Source: Gemmatimonadaceae bacterium (GTDB taxonomy: Bacteria > Gemmatimonadota > Gemmatimonadetes > Gemmatimonadales > Gemmatimonadaceae). From it: a stretch of DNA of 64,000 bases. The stretch is from the NCBI GenBank assembly GCA_040901985.1, contig JBBDYC010000009.1, positions 92,364-156,363 on the forward strand. Reading direction: 5' to 3'. The position numbers and the translations under genes are program-made. Within the stretch, counting starts at the first letter, position 1; every line of letters begins with the position of its first letter. Below the pieces are notes generated by a model. That model was given only the letters and a program-made list of their open reading frames with translations, was not told the DNA's origin and searched no databases. This document shows, piece by piece, positions 1-8,909 of the stretch.

Positions 1-968
1 AGCGCACACCGATGTACCACGTGCGCGCCCTGCGCGATGCGATCGAGGTCGAGGCATGCCTGAAGACGCGGCGACGGAATCTCGGGGCGTCCTCCGTCGC
101 GATCATCGACCGCATGGCGGCCGCACTCCCATGGATGTTACGGGCCGATGGCGAACTCTGGATGCTGAACGACACAGCCCACGACCACGGGGTGGACCTC
201 GCCCCGCTTCTCGCGCGCGCCGCTGCCGTTGCCGAGCCCCCTTCAGGCCTCAGGTACTTTGGCGACGCGCACCTAGTGGTTATCGTCGCCGACCGCGACC
301 GCTTGCGAATCGACCTCGGAGGCCCCGCTCCCGCGCATCAGCCGGGCCACGCGCACGCAGGCGCGCTCGGTTTCGAGCTGGATGTCGAGGGGTTCCCATT
401 CATCGTCGATGGCGGGTGCTCCGGCTATGATGGCGATCCGTGGCGCGCGTACCTCCGCGGCACCGCCGCGCACAATACCGTGGCCATTGACGGCAAGGAC
501 CAGAGCGAGCTCTGGGCGACCTTCCGCGTCGGCGCCCGGGCAGCGGTCAGCGGCGTCGCCTGCTCGGGCACGCCCCACCTGCTCACGATCGCCGCCGTGT
601 GCCGGCCCTACCACGCGCGCGGCGTAGTCCATCGGCGCGAGTTCCGTCGCGAGGGCCGCGTGCTGGTCATCAACGATGTGGTGCAGGGTGCGGCCAGACG
701 GCTCGTCGAGAGCTTCCTGCACTTCGACCCCGCGTGGGATGCCGCGTCCTCGAGCGCACACCAATTCGTACTGACGCGCCCCGGTGCGCGGGTTTCCGTG
801 ACAGTCAACGGAGCCACGGATGTATCGCTACACCGCGGCCAAGGCGATCCGCGCATTGGCTGGTACGCGCGGGGGTTCAACCACGTCGTCCCGTCCTGGA
901 CGTTGCGCCTGCGCGAGGAGCGCTACGTCGAACGCCCTTGGCGCATCACGATCACCCCGGACGCCTGA
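1..968 (+). CDS. Heparinase II/III-family protein (5' end probably outside the window)
   Basis: GHAHAGALGFEL, FIVDGG and YLRGTAAHNTVAIDG motifs of the heparinase II/III C-terminal domain; sits next to a glycosyltransferase, as in polysaccharide clusters. Confidence 0.8.
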   Translation, partial: RTPMYHVRALRDAIEVEACLKTRRRNLGASSVAIIDRMAAALPWMLRADGELWMLNDTAHDHGVDLAPLLARAAAVAEPPSGLRYFGDAHLVVIVADRDRLRIDLGGPAPAHQPGHAHAGALGFELDVEGFPFIVDGGCSGYDGDPWRAYLRGTAAHNTVAIDGKDQSELWATFRVGARAAVSGVACSGTPHLLTIAAVCRPYHARGVVHRREFRREGRVLVINDVVQGAARRLVESFLHFDPAWDAASSSAHQFVLTRPGARVSVTVNGATDVSLHRGQGDPRIGWYARGFNHVVPSWTLRLREERYVERPWRITITPDA

Positions 969-970
969 CG

Positions 971-2218
971 ATGCACATCGCGATCTTCGTCCAGGATTTC
1001 GCGCCAGAGACCGGGGCTGGGCCTGCGCGCATCACGGAGCTTGCCGCAGAGTGGATCCGACTCGGGCACGAGGTCTCGGTCGTGACCGCGTTCCCCAACC
1101 GACGACTCCCCGGCCAGCGTGACGGAACGATCCCGCCTCCTTATAAAGGCCGCCTCCTGATGCGGGAGGAGTGGAATGGCATCAAGGTCTATCGCTCTTG
1201 GCTGTTCACGAGCCCCAAGCGGGGTTTCGTCCGCACAATGGTGAACAATCTCACCTTCGCCGCCACTTCGCTCGTCCACGCGCTCGCATCGCTGCCCCGC
1301 CCCGACGTCCTTGTCGCGAGCGGTCCACCCTACTTCGCGCAATTCTCCGGGGCGCTCGTCGGGCTCATCAAGAACGTGCCGCTCGTGCTCGAGATCCGTG
1401 ACCTATGGCCGGACTACGTCGCCGAGATGGGCGTAATCCGCCAGAAGCCGCTACTCGACCTGATGTTCGCCACCGAGCGCTGGCTGCTGCGCCGCGCGCG
1501 TTCGGTGACAGTCGTCACCGATTCGTTCAAGCACCGCATCGTTCAGAAGGGGGTCGCTGCCGACGCCATCGACGTAGTCCCCAACGGCGTCGACACCTCG
1601 CGATACTATCCGTCCGACGAGCGACTGGCGCTCCACGAGCTCTCGCTTGCCCCCGGCACGCCGCTCGTAGGATATCTCGGCACATTCGGCGCGGGTCAGG
1701 GCCTAAACGCCGTGATCGAAGCGGCGCGCGTGCTCCGCGCCAGAGGCGTGCGCGCCCACTTCGCGCTTGTCGGCGACGGACCGGATCGCGCGGCGCTCGA
1801 GGCGGATCTTGCGGCGCGCCCCGTCGAAGGCGTCACGCTCCACTCTCCGATTCCGCGAGACGCCACGCGTGCGCTCTACAACAGCTGCGACGTGGTGTTG
1901 GTCCCGCACGCTTCACTCCCCGTGCTGGGCGACACCGTGCCGTCCAAGATCTTCGAGGTGATGGCCTGCTCTCGCCCGCTCGTCGCCGCCCTACGCGGCG
2001 AGGGGGCCCGCATCGTCGAGAGATCGAAGGGCGGCGTCCTTGCGACGCCCGGGGACGCCGAATCCATCGCGGCCAGTGTCGAGCGCGTGCTCAGGATGGG
2101 GGACGTCGAGCGCGCCGAGATGGGCCGCGCCGGCCGCAAGTTCGCACTCGCGGAGTATGATCGCGGGGCGCTTGCCCGCCGCTATCTCGAGTTGCTCAAG
2201 CGCGCAGCAGCGCGCTGA
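971..2218 (+). CDS. GT4 family glycosyltransferase (WbuB-like)
   Basis: ATG at 971, 3 nt after the previous stop; N-terminal FAPETGAG...GHEVSVVT; LEIRDLWPD; PSKIFEVMAC motif. Confidence 0.88.
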   Translation: MHIAIFVQDFAPETGAGPARITELAAEWIRLGHEVSVVTAFPNRRLPGQRDGTIPPPYKGRLLMREEWNGIKVYRSWLFTSPKRGFVRTMVNNLTFAATSLVHALASLPRPDVLVASGPPYFAQFSGALVGLIKNVPLVLEIRDLWPDYVAEMGVIRQKPLLDLMFATERWLLRRARSVTVVTDSFKHRIVQKGVAADAIDVVPNGVDTSRYYPSDERLALHELSLAPGTPLVGYLGTFGAGQGLNAVIEAARVLRARGVRAHFALVGDGPDRAALEADLAARPVEGVTLHSPIPRDATRALYNSCDVVLVPHASLPVLGDTVPSKIFEVMACSRPLVAALRGEGARIVERSKGGVLATPGDAESIAASVERVLRMGDVERAEMGRAGRKFALAEYDRGALARRYLELLKRAAAR

Positions 2219-3302
2219 CGATCCGTTCCGCCGCGCGACCGTCCCAGCCCGTCGGCGCCTTGGCGCCGACGGCGACTCGCTCCTGCGCGATCGCCGTGCG
2301 CAGGTCCCCAACGATCCCCTCGACCGTCGGTGGCCACGCCACCATTCGATTCGTCCCCTGTGTCACTGTGATAGGGCGCTCGGTCTGTGCGCGCACGGTG
2401 ACACACGGAACTCCCAGCACGGTCGTCTCCTCCTGCAGCCCGCCGCTATCGGTCACCGCCGCTAGTGCGCCATCGAGCATTCCCACCATCTCCGCATAGC
2501 CGAGTGGTTCGGTGACCACCAGCGCCTCGAGGAGCCGCTCGAGGCCTGCACCCTCCGCGCGAGCGCGGGTACGCGGGTGCATCGGAAAGACTACCGGGTG
2601 CGCGGCGCCGATCGTGGCCAGTGCTGACAGCAGGAGTTCGAGGCGCACGGGATCGTCGACGTTCGAGGGCCGGTGCAGCGTGGCGAGCACGTATCCTCCC
2701 CTCCTTACGCCGAGCCGCGCCTGCACATCGAGCTCCCTGGCCTTCGGGAGCACCCCGAGCAACGAGTCAATCATAACGTTGCCGACGAACTCGGCGCGAA
2801 TGTCGGTGAGGCCTTCACGCGCCAAGTTCGCCTCGACGTCGTCGGAAGGCGTCAGGAGGAGATCGCTCAACCGATCCGTGAGCACGCGGTTCACCTCTTC
2901 GGGCATCCCCCAGTCGTTCGAGCGGAGCCCAGCCTCGACGTGCGCGATGCGGCATCCGACCTCCTCGCGCAACTTGGAGGCCACGAGCGCGCAAGCCAAC
3001 GTGCTGTTCACGTCGCCGACCACCACGACCCACGCGGGCCTGTGCTCGAGAAGTACGGGCTCGAACCGCTCCATCACGCGCGCCGTCTGCACCGCGTGGC
3101 TCGCCGACCCCACCTCGAGCAGCACGTCAGGCGCCGGTGCCCCGAGGTCCGAGAGGAGCGCCTCAGACATCTTCACGTCGTAATGCTGCCCCGTGTGCAC
3201 GAAGAGCCGCGAGATCTTGCGTCGATCCAACTCGTGCAGGATCGGCACGACCTTCATGAAATTTGGGCGGGCGCCCGCGACGACGAGAATGGGACGGCTC
3301 AT
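2196..3302 (-). CDS. wecB: UDP-N-acetylglucosamine 2-epimerase (non-hydrolysing)
   Basis: GARPNFMK, HTGQHYD, GDVNST, HVEAGLRS, PEEVNR, TDSGGLQEE motifs; start set at MSRPIL. Confidence 0.93.
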   Translation of the reverse strand: MSRPILVVAGARPNFMKVVPILHELDRRKISRLFVHTGQHYDVKMSEALLSDLGAPAPDVLLEVGSASHAVQTARVMERFEPVLLEHRPAWVVVVGDVNSTLACALVASKLREEVGCRIAHVEAGLRSNDWGMPEEVNRVLTDRLSDLLLTPSDDVEANLAREGLTDIRAEFVGNVMIDSLLGVLPKARELDVQARLGVRRGGYVLATLHRPSNVDDPVRLELLLSALATIGAAHPVVFPMHPRTRARAEGAGLERLLEALVVTEPLGYAEMVGMLDGALAAVTDSGGLQEETTVLGVPCVTVRAQTERPITVTQGTNRMVAWPPTVEGIVGDLRTAIAQERVAVGAKAPTGWDGRAAERIVSALLRA

Positions 3303-3315
3303 TTGTTGGTCTTCC

Positions 3316-4086
3316 TCATCCCGGTAATACGCTCCCGCCATTGACGTTTACGATTTCCCCCACAATGTGCCTCGCACCGGGCGCACAGAGCGCCACCACT
3401 GCAACCGCAATATCCCGCGCGCTCGCGACTCGCCCGACCGGGATTCCCGCGGCAATCGTGCCTTCACGGTCCGCCGCCAGCGCCCCAGCCGCCATCTCCG
3501 TCTCCACCCACCCCGGCGCCACGCAGTTCACCGTAATTCCCCGCCGCGCGAGCTCAACCGCCTGCGATTTCACGAAGCTGATCATCGCCCCTTTGCTGGC
3601 CGCGTAGTCCGCGTGCCCCGCCTCACCGCGCTGCCCCGCCGTGCTCGAGATGTGTACGATTCGCCCGCCATCCCCCAGAACGCGCGCGGCCGCCCGCGAA
3701 ACAAAAAACATCGCATTCAAGTTCTCCCGCATCGTCCGCCGCCACCGCGCGTCAGTCATCTCGTGAACGGGCACGTCCTCTGCGGGCCAAATGCCGGCGC
3801 TGTGTACGAGGATATCGAGCCCGCCCCACTCGTTCACGACGCGCTCGACAAGGCCGTCCGCCACACCAGGCTCTCCCAAATCGCCAGCCACGGCCATCGC
3901 CCGTCGGCCGAACGCCTTCACGTCAGACACCACGCCGTCAGCCTCGACCTTTCGCGTCCGATAGCCAATCGCGACGTCGGCCCCGCACTCGGCGAGCAGC
4001 CTCGCCGTCGCCGCACCAATTCCGCGCGCACCGCCGGTCACAAGTGCCCGCTTCCCCTCCACCGAAAACAGATTGGGCACGCTCAC
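3316..4086 (-). CDS. SDR family oxidoreductase (FabG-like)
   Basis: TGGARGIG Rossmann motif, YAASK catalytic motif, VNCVAPG. Confidence 0.9.
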   Translation of the reverse strand: MSVPNLFSVEGKRALVTGGARGIGAATARLLAECGADVAIGYRTRKVEADGVVSDVKAFGRRAMAVAGDLGEPGVADGLVERVVNEWGGLDILVHSAGIWPAEDVPVHEMTDARWRRTMRENLNAMFFVSRAAARVLGDGGRIVHISSTAGQRGEAGHADYAASKGAMISFVKSQAVELARRGITVNCVAPGWVETEMAAGALAADREGTIAAGIPVGRVASARDIAVAVVALCAPGARHIVGEIVNVNGGSVLPG

Positions 4087-4664
4087 TTGCCAGCGAGTTC
4101 CGCATCAATCGCATCACAAATCGCGTGCTGGATGGCCAAATGCATCTCCTGCGCACGATCCGTCCGCTGCGTCGGCACGACCAGGCACACATCCGCCATC
4201 GCCTTCACCTCCCCGCCATTCTTCGCCGTCAACACCACGCTCCGAATCCCTAGCCGTTTGGCCGCTTCAATCGCGCGCAGACAGTTTGGCGAGTTGCCGC
4301 TCGTGGTATGCACCATCAACAAGTCACCACTCCGGCCGAGCGCCTCGAGCTGGCGACTGAAAATCGAGTCGAATCCGTAGTCATTGCCCGCCGCCGTGAG
4401 CGCCGACGTGTCGGTGGTCAGCGCAATGGCCCGCAGCGCACGCCGCTCGCGCAAATAGCGGATGGTGTACTCCGTTGCGATGTGCTGCGCGTCCGCCGCG
4501 CTCCCGCCATTGCCGCAGAAAAACAGCGTGCCGCCGCTCGCCAGCGTCTCGCGCACCATCGCCGTCACCGTGCGAATGCCGTCGGCAAGCGAATCCGCCG
4601 ACCGCGTTGCCACGTCGGCGAGTTCTCTCAGATGCGCCGCGGGGTCCACGCCCTTGCCGCTCAT
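4083..4664 (-). CDS. gmhA: Phosphoheptose (sedoheptulose-7-phosphate) isomerase
   Basis: CGNGGSAADAQH, GNDYGF, TSGNS, QEMH motifs. Confidence 0.92.
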   Translation of the reverse strand: MSGKGVDPAAHLRELADVATRSADSLADGIRTVTAMVRETLASGGTLFFCGNGGSAADAQHIATEYTIRYLRERRALRAIALTTDTSALTAAGNDYGFDSIFSRQLEALGRSGDLLMVHTTSGNSPNCLRAIEAAKRLGIRSVVLTAKNGGEVKAMADVCLVVPTQRTDRAQEMHLAIQHAICDAIDAELAGK

Positions 4665-4987
4665 TGGCTCAGCTCCGTGATCCGCTGGATGGCCGACTCC
4701 ACCTTGGCACCAATCGTCGCCGGCTCGCCGGCCGCGGCCTCAAACGCCCACGTCACGCACGCGTCCGCCGCCAACAGGTCGAGCGCCGCGTCACGCGTGA
4801 CGGCCTCACCGTGCCCGTGGACGGCGATGAGCAGTTGCTCGCCCGCCTGGATTAGCGCGCGGTCCAATGGCAGTTGCGCAAGCCCAGGCGTGTGGGCCAA
4901 CACGTCCTGCACGCGGGCCACCAGTCGCGGCGGGGCCTCGGCCCCGTGTTCGGCTACCCAAGTGGCGTGATTTGGTGTCGTTGGCAT
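4661..4987 (-). CDS. Hypothetical protein, first gene of the gmhA-SDR-wecB run
   Basis: 4-nt overlap with gmhA; ALDLLAADACVTWAFE segment looks protein-like; start uncertain. Confidence 0.6.
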   Translation of the reverse strand: MPTTPNHATWVAEHGAEAPPRLVARVQDVLAHTPGLAQLPLDRALIQAGEQLLIAVHGHGEAVTRDAALDLLAADACVTWAFEAAAGEPATIGAKVESAIQRITELSQ

Positions 4988-5043
4988 TGGGCAAATCTAA
5001 CGCCAAGTTGCCTTCCCACGCCGAGCCCGATTACCCTATGGAT

Positions 5044-5577
5044 ATGGCCACCGCCACCCGCCCGTGGACACGAGCAGACCTCGACCGATTCCCCGACGAC
5101 GGGAACCGCTACGAGGTGCTCGACGGCGAGCTCCTTGTGACGCCCTCGCCCTCCCGCACACATCAAATCGTGGCGCTCCGCCTCGCCCGCATCCTGGGTG
5201 ACTACTGCGATCACTACCGCATCGGCTACGTGATGGCTCCCGGCGCGGCACCGCGCGGCAAGAGCGAGCTACAGCCGGACATTTTGGCCACCGTGGACCC
5301 CACGCGACCCATTGACGCACGCTGGGACGAGACCGAGCCGGTGGGCCTGGTGGTCGAGGTCCTGTCGCCCGGCTCGCGTGCGCACGACCAGGTCACGAAG
5401 CGCGCTGCCTACCGGCGCTGGGGGTTCCCGGAATACTGGGTGGTTGATACCGATGCCCGCGCGGTGACCGTGGCGCGCCAAGGGCATCGTGACCGACGCG
5501 TGACCGATACGCTCCGCTGGCAGCCGAAGCCGGACGTGCCGCCCCTCGTGATTGGCGTCGAGAGGTTGTTCACGTAG
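5044..5577 (+). CDS. Uma2 family PD-(D/E)XK endonuclease (copy 1)
   Basis: PDDGNRYEVLDGELLVTPSP..H, QPD, VVEVLSP, D...K..Y, EYWVVD; start ATG 5038 or 5044. Confidence 0.9.
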   Translation: MATATRPWTRADLDRFPDDGNRYEVLDGELLVTPSPSRTHQIVALRLARILGDYCDHYRIGYVMAPGAAPRGKSELQPDILATVDPTRPIDARWDETEPVGLVVEVLSPGSRAHDQVTKRAAYRRWGFPEYWVVDTDARAVTVARQGHRDRRVTDTLRWQPKPDVPPLVIGVERLFT

Positions 5578-5727
5578 GGCGACCTCACCTCGTCACTGCC
5601 TACCCGGAGGATGGACGATGACCGTCTCCGCTGCGGGGCGCACGAGGGCCTTGGTTGCGCTCCGAACGGAGGAATTGCGCTTGGCAAAGGCCAGCGACCT
5701 GCTCGCCGCCCGAGCGACCTGAGCCGC

Positions 5728-5789
5728 CGCGAGCTCCGAAACACTCCTGGGCGCGTCTTTGAGCGCCTGGTAGACGGCGAACCGCTTCC
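5728..5789 (+). pseudogene. Fragment of a Phd-like antitoxin gene, near-identical to 7560-7621
   Basis: RELRNTPGRVFERLVDGEPLP versus RELRNTPGRVFERLADGEPLP; ~60-bp DNA match with no intact flanks. Confidence 0.7.
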
Positions 5790-5929
5790 ACGCGCGGCGA
5801 ACGTCCCCTCTAGTTCCCCTTCGTTCCCCATCACGATGGGGGTTTTGTGGAGCGGTTGGCATAAAACGATGGTCGTCCCGCGCCAGCTCAGCGGTATCCT
5901 CGGCGAATCCTCGCTTGGGAGCCACCGCC

Positions 5930-6103
5930 GTGACAGACCGCCCCCTCCTCCCGAAGCGACTGGTGTTCGATCCCCACGCAATCGCCCGCATGCGAAAGCG
6001 TGACTTCAGCGTCCTCGACGTGCGTACCATCCTCTACAAGGTGGTATCCCTCGACCGGCCGAACCACTACTACATCATCACAGTGGAATGGCTCTACGGC
6101 TGA
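5930..6103 (+). pseudogene. DUF4258-like toxin, apparently shortened by an internal in-frame deletion
   Basis: GGGAG RBS plus GTG; FDPHAIARMRKRDFSVLDV N-terminal motif joined almost directly to the C-terminal YYIITV; only 57 aa; upstream of a DUF2283 gene. Confidence 0.6.
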
Positions 6104-6139
6104 CAGCTCTGTCGTGCCGGATACCGGCAACGTGACCCT

Positions 6140-6168
6140 TTGCATTTTTCCCCGTGCGGCCATATTAT
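6140..6168 (+). promoter_or_regulatory. Sigma70-like promoter
   Basis: TTGCAT (6140-6145), 17 bp, TATTAT (6163-6168), ~30 nt upstream of ATG 6198. Confidence 0.6.
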
Positions 6169-6197
6169 CCGTACGACCCCACACACCGGAGCCCGCG

Positions 6198-6641
6198 ATG
6201 GTCGACCGTACCTCGATGACGTATTCCCCGGAGGCGGATGCATTCGCGCTCGACTTTCACCCCGTGCCGGCCGGCCGCCGTGTCACGCGCGAACTGGCAC
6301 CGAACGTCCGTGCCGATTACATCGGCGACCGACTGGTCGGCTTCGAGATCCTCGACGCCTCAACTTTGATACCGTCCGAAGCCCTCGCCACCATTGGCGC
6401 GCCAAGCTTTCCGGTGCTCACCATCGCAGAGGCCGCCAAGAAGTTCAAGCGTCACCCGCGGACGCTTCGCTACGCCGCCGAGCGCGGCAAGATTGCCGGG
6501 GCCGAGAAGACTGGACGGGACTGGCTCGTGCCGTACGTCGGCGTGCTGAACTACGTGGTCAACCTGCCGCCCGCCGGCCGGCCCGCCAAACACAGACGCG
6601 CGCCCAACCGACGGCGCAGGGCAAAGGTCAGCGAAGCGTAG
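6198..6641 (+). CDS. DUF2283-domain antitoxin-like protein fused to an excisionase-type HTH
   Basis: YSPEADAFAL...DYIGDRLVGFEILDAS (DUF2283 pattern), then LTIAEAAKKF...TLRYAAERGKI...KTGRDWLV (HTH_17-like). Confidence 0.75.
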   Translation: MVDRTSMTYSPEADAFALDFHPVPAGRRVTRELAPNVRADYIGDRLVGFEILDASTLIPSEALATIGAPSFPVLTIAEAAKKFKRHPRTLRYAAERGKIAGAEKTGRDWLVPYVGVLNYVVNLPPAGRPAKHRRAPNRRRRAKVSEA

Positions 6642-6707
6642 CCGGCGCTAGACCACTACCCGCAGAGCGCACTCCCCCAGCAACCCCTCACCAGTGTATC
6701 GTTCTCT

Positions 6708-6932
6708 ATGGCTTCGTCTGCCCATCGGGATGTCCCCGCCCGTCACTTGCACGCCCACGACGAGGAAGCCGATGCGCACTACCTCGACCTCAGCCCCGCC
6801 GAGCGCCTCGCGCTCGTTTGGCCCCTCACCGTGTCCGCGTGGTCGGTGATGCTTGCCGCCCGCGGCGAACGTTTCGATGCTGAAGCGCGACTGCAAAAAG
6901 GTCATTGCCGCGTCCAGCGCCGAGGGCCCTGA
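6708..6932 (+). CDS. Small orphan antitoxin-like protein
   Basis: LSPAERLALVWPLTVSAW...RLQK...RVQRR resembles small ORFs I recall preceding nucleotidyltransferase toxins; no partner gene follows. Confidence 0.5.
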   Translation: MASSAHRDVPARHLHAHDEEADAHYLDLSPAERLALVWPLTVSAWSVMLAARGERFDAEARLQKGHCRVQRRGP

Positions 6933-7018
6933 TTCGCTTCGAGGCCCCGCTCGGGTCTTCGGGTAGTTCGGTGTTCCCCCCAGCCGCATTGACATCCTGA
7001 CGCGCGGGGGTTGGCATT

Positions 7019-7037
7019 TGTACATACAAACTGTACA
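7019..7037. promoter_or_regulatory. Putative BrnA operator
   Basis: TGTACA-tacaaac-TGTACA (two palindromic hexamers) at the start of the brnT remnant; TTGACA at 6989-6994. Confidence 0.5.
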
Positions 7038-7041
7038 TTTA

Positions 7042-7180
7042 CTTCGGTTCGAGTGGAACCCAGACAAATCGGAATTGACTCGGCGCGCTGTTCGCGGTGC
7101 GCCGGATCGTTTCAGCACGCCACGCCAACCGAAGGGAGCGCCAGGAATATGCCCAAGCCCTCGACCAAGCGGCGTCCTAA
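7042..7180 (+). pseudogene. brnT: BrnT toxin remnant (internal deletion plus frameshift)
   Basis: N-terminal LRFEWNPDKSELTRR in one frame; C-terminal VRRIVSARHANRRERQEYAQALDQAAS* (7097-7180) in another frame overlapping brnA; central part missing. Confidence 0.78.
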
Positions 7181-7499
7181 GTACGTCACCTACGACGCGC
7201 GCGAACTCGGGCCCGGCCGCGTCAACCAGGCGCTGATTGACAGCTTCACTGAGGAAGACATCGAGCGGATGGCCGCCGAAGATGATGCGGGCGAGATCTG
7301 GGGCGAAATGCGCCTCGTGCCGCCCATCGTCAAGCAGCCCATCACCATCCGCATTGACGACGACATCCTCGCCTGGTTCAAGGCCCAAGGTGCCCGATAC
7401 CAAACCAAGATGAACCGCGTGCTACGCACGTACGTCACGGCGATGAAAGCCAAGGTACCCAAGGCCCAGGCGCTTGACGGCAAACGAAAACCGCGGTAG
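7149..7499 (+). CDS. brnA: BrnA antitoxin family protein
   Basis: KQPITIRIDDDILAWFKAQGARYQTKMNRVLRTY C-terminal RHH signature. Confidence 0.88.
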   Translation: MPKPSTKRRPKYVTYDARELGPGRVNQALIDSFTEEDIERMAAEDDAGEIWGEMRLVPPIVKQPITIRIDDDILAWFKAQGARYQTKMNRVLRTYVTAMKAKVPKAQALDGKRKPR

Positions 7500-7523
7500 C
7501 GTAACTGTAGCCAACTACGCTAC
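7496..7523. promoter_or_regulatory. Inverted repeat, probable TA operator
   Basis: GTAGCGTA-N12-TACGCTAC immediately upstream of the RBS and GTG of the 7536 antitoxin. Confidence 0.5.
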
Positions 7524-7535
7524 AGGGAGCCTACC

Positions 7536-7850
7536 GTGGTCAAGCTGCCAGTCACCTATCGCGAGCTGCGAAACACTCCTGGGCGCGTCTTTGAGCGCCT
7601 GGCGGACGGCGAACCGCTTCCTTTGGTCGCCGACGGAACCACAAAGGCGCTCATCGTCCCCGTAGCGGACGGAGATGTCGCGACGGCGCTTGAGGCGTGG
7701 CGTCGCGGCTCCGCACTGGTCGCGCTGGCGCAGCTTCAGGCCGACGCGCGTCGCGCGGGCCTGTCTGAAATGCCAATTGCCGAAGTCACCAAGGTGATCA
7801 AGTCCGTGAGGAAGGAGCGCCGCCGGCGCGAGACTCCCGACGAGCCGTAG
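7536..7850 (+). CDS. Phd/YefM-like antitoxin
   Basis: VTYRELRNTPGRVFERLADGEPLPLV..G..KALIVP N-terminal Phd-like pattern; directly upstream of a PIN gene. Confidence 0.75.
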   Translation: MVKLPVTYRELRNTPGRVFERLADGEPLPLVADGTTKALIVPVADGDVATALEAWRRGSALVALAQLQADARRAGLSEMPIAEVTKVIKSVRKERRRRETPDEP

Positions 7851-7853
7851 GCC

Positions 7854-8261
7854 GTGCGCATTGTCCTCAACACAAACGTCGTGATCGCTTCGCTGCTCTC
7901 CGGCAGCGGGAGTCCTGCGCACACCCTCAGTCTGGTGCTCAACCGGTCCGTGACACCTCTGCTCGACCATCGGATTCTCGCCGAGTACCACGAGGTCGCC
8001 ACGCGTTCTGCGTTCTCGTTCTCTCGGCCGCTCGTTGACGCGGTCCTCGCCCGCATCAGCGAGGTCGCCGAGCACATCACGGCGCTCCCCCTCAAGCTGG
8101 CGCTCCCAGATCCGGATGACCGGTGCTTCGTTGAGGTCGCGGTTGCCGGCCGCGCCGATGCCGTCGTGACGGGGAATCTCAAACACTTCGTCCCGAAGAA
8201 TCGGAAACTCACCGTGCCTATTCTCACACCGCGACAATTCCTGGACCGACTCCGCCGATGA
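7854..8261 (+). CDS. PIN-domain (VapC-like, PIN_3 type) toxin with the first catalytic Asp replaced by Asn
   Basis: MRIVLNTNVV (family pattern VLDTNV), LAEY, PDPDD, ADAVVTGNLKHF. Confidence 0.85.
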   Translation: MRIVLNTNVVIASLLSGSGSPAHTLSLVLNRSVTPLLDHRILAEYHEVATRSAFSFSRPLVDAVLARISEVAEHITALPLKLALPDPDDRCFVEVAVAGRADAVVTGNLKHFVPKNRKLTVPILTPRQFLDRLRR

Positions 8262-8794
8262 ACTCGATCCCCTCTGCACCGTGGACCCGCGCCGAGCTCA
8301 AGCGCCTTCCCGACGACGGGAACCGCTACGAAGTGCTCGACGGGCGGTTGCTCGTGACGCCGTTGCCTGGGGCGCCGCACCAGCGGACGGCCCTCGCCCT
8401 CAGCACAGCCCTCTTTGCATACTGCCGCAACCACTCCGTCGGGGTCGTCGTCGCGCCAGGGCCTGTCCCGCACGACGACAGCGAGCTGCAGCCGGACATC
8501 GCAGTCTACCTCGATTCCACCATACCGTTCGACGCCAACTGGGAGCGTTTTCCGCGCGCGGACCTCGTCGTCGAGATTCTTTCACCGTCAACCAGGCGGC
8601 GCGACCTCGGGATCAAGCGCGCAGCGTATCGCCGCTGGGGAATCCCCGAGTACTGGATCGTGGACACAGGGCGCCGCACCATCACCGTGGTTCGGCCCGG
8701 CCGCGAAGACGAGCTGGTCACCGACACCCTACGCTGGCGACCGAGGCCAGACGTCCCGGTTCTCGAGATCGCCCTCGCGACAATCTTCAGTTGA
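8258..8794 (+). CDS. Uma2 family endonuclease (copy 2)
   Basis: Same motifs as copy 1; ATGA overlap with the PIN gene. Confidence 0.9.
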   Translation: MNSIPSAPWTRAELKRLPDDGNRYEVLDGRLLVTPLPGAPHQRTALALSTALFAYCRNHSVGVVVAPGPVPHDDSELQPDIAVYLDSTIPFDANWERFPRADLVVEILSPSTRRRDLGIKRAAYRRWGIPEYWIVDTGRRTITVVRPGREDELVTDTLRWRPRPDVPVLEIALATIFS

Positions 8795-8909
8795 GCGCCG
8801 CCCGTACTCATTTGGTACTTGGCGCGGGTGCCTGATGACGCACTTGCGGCAGACTCCGCCCAGTCTGGGCAATGCCGAGTTGCGTCCTGTCGCCGAGGAG
8901 GGGTAGAGT

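Noticed and set aside
8803..8819. GTACTCATTTGGTAC resembling the hicAB operator at 15571
   Set aside because: Only a 10-nt shared core with different spacing; could be chance
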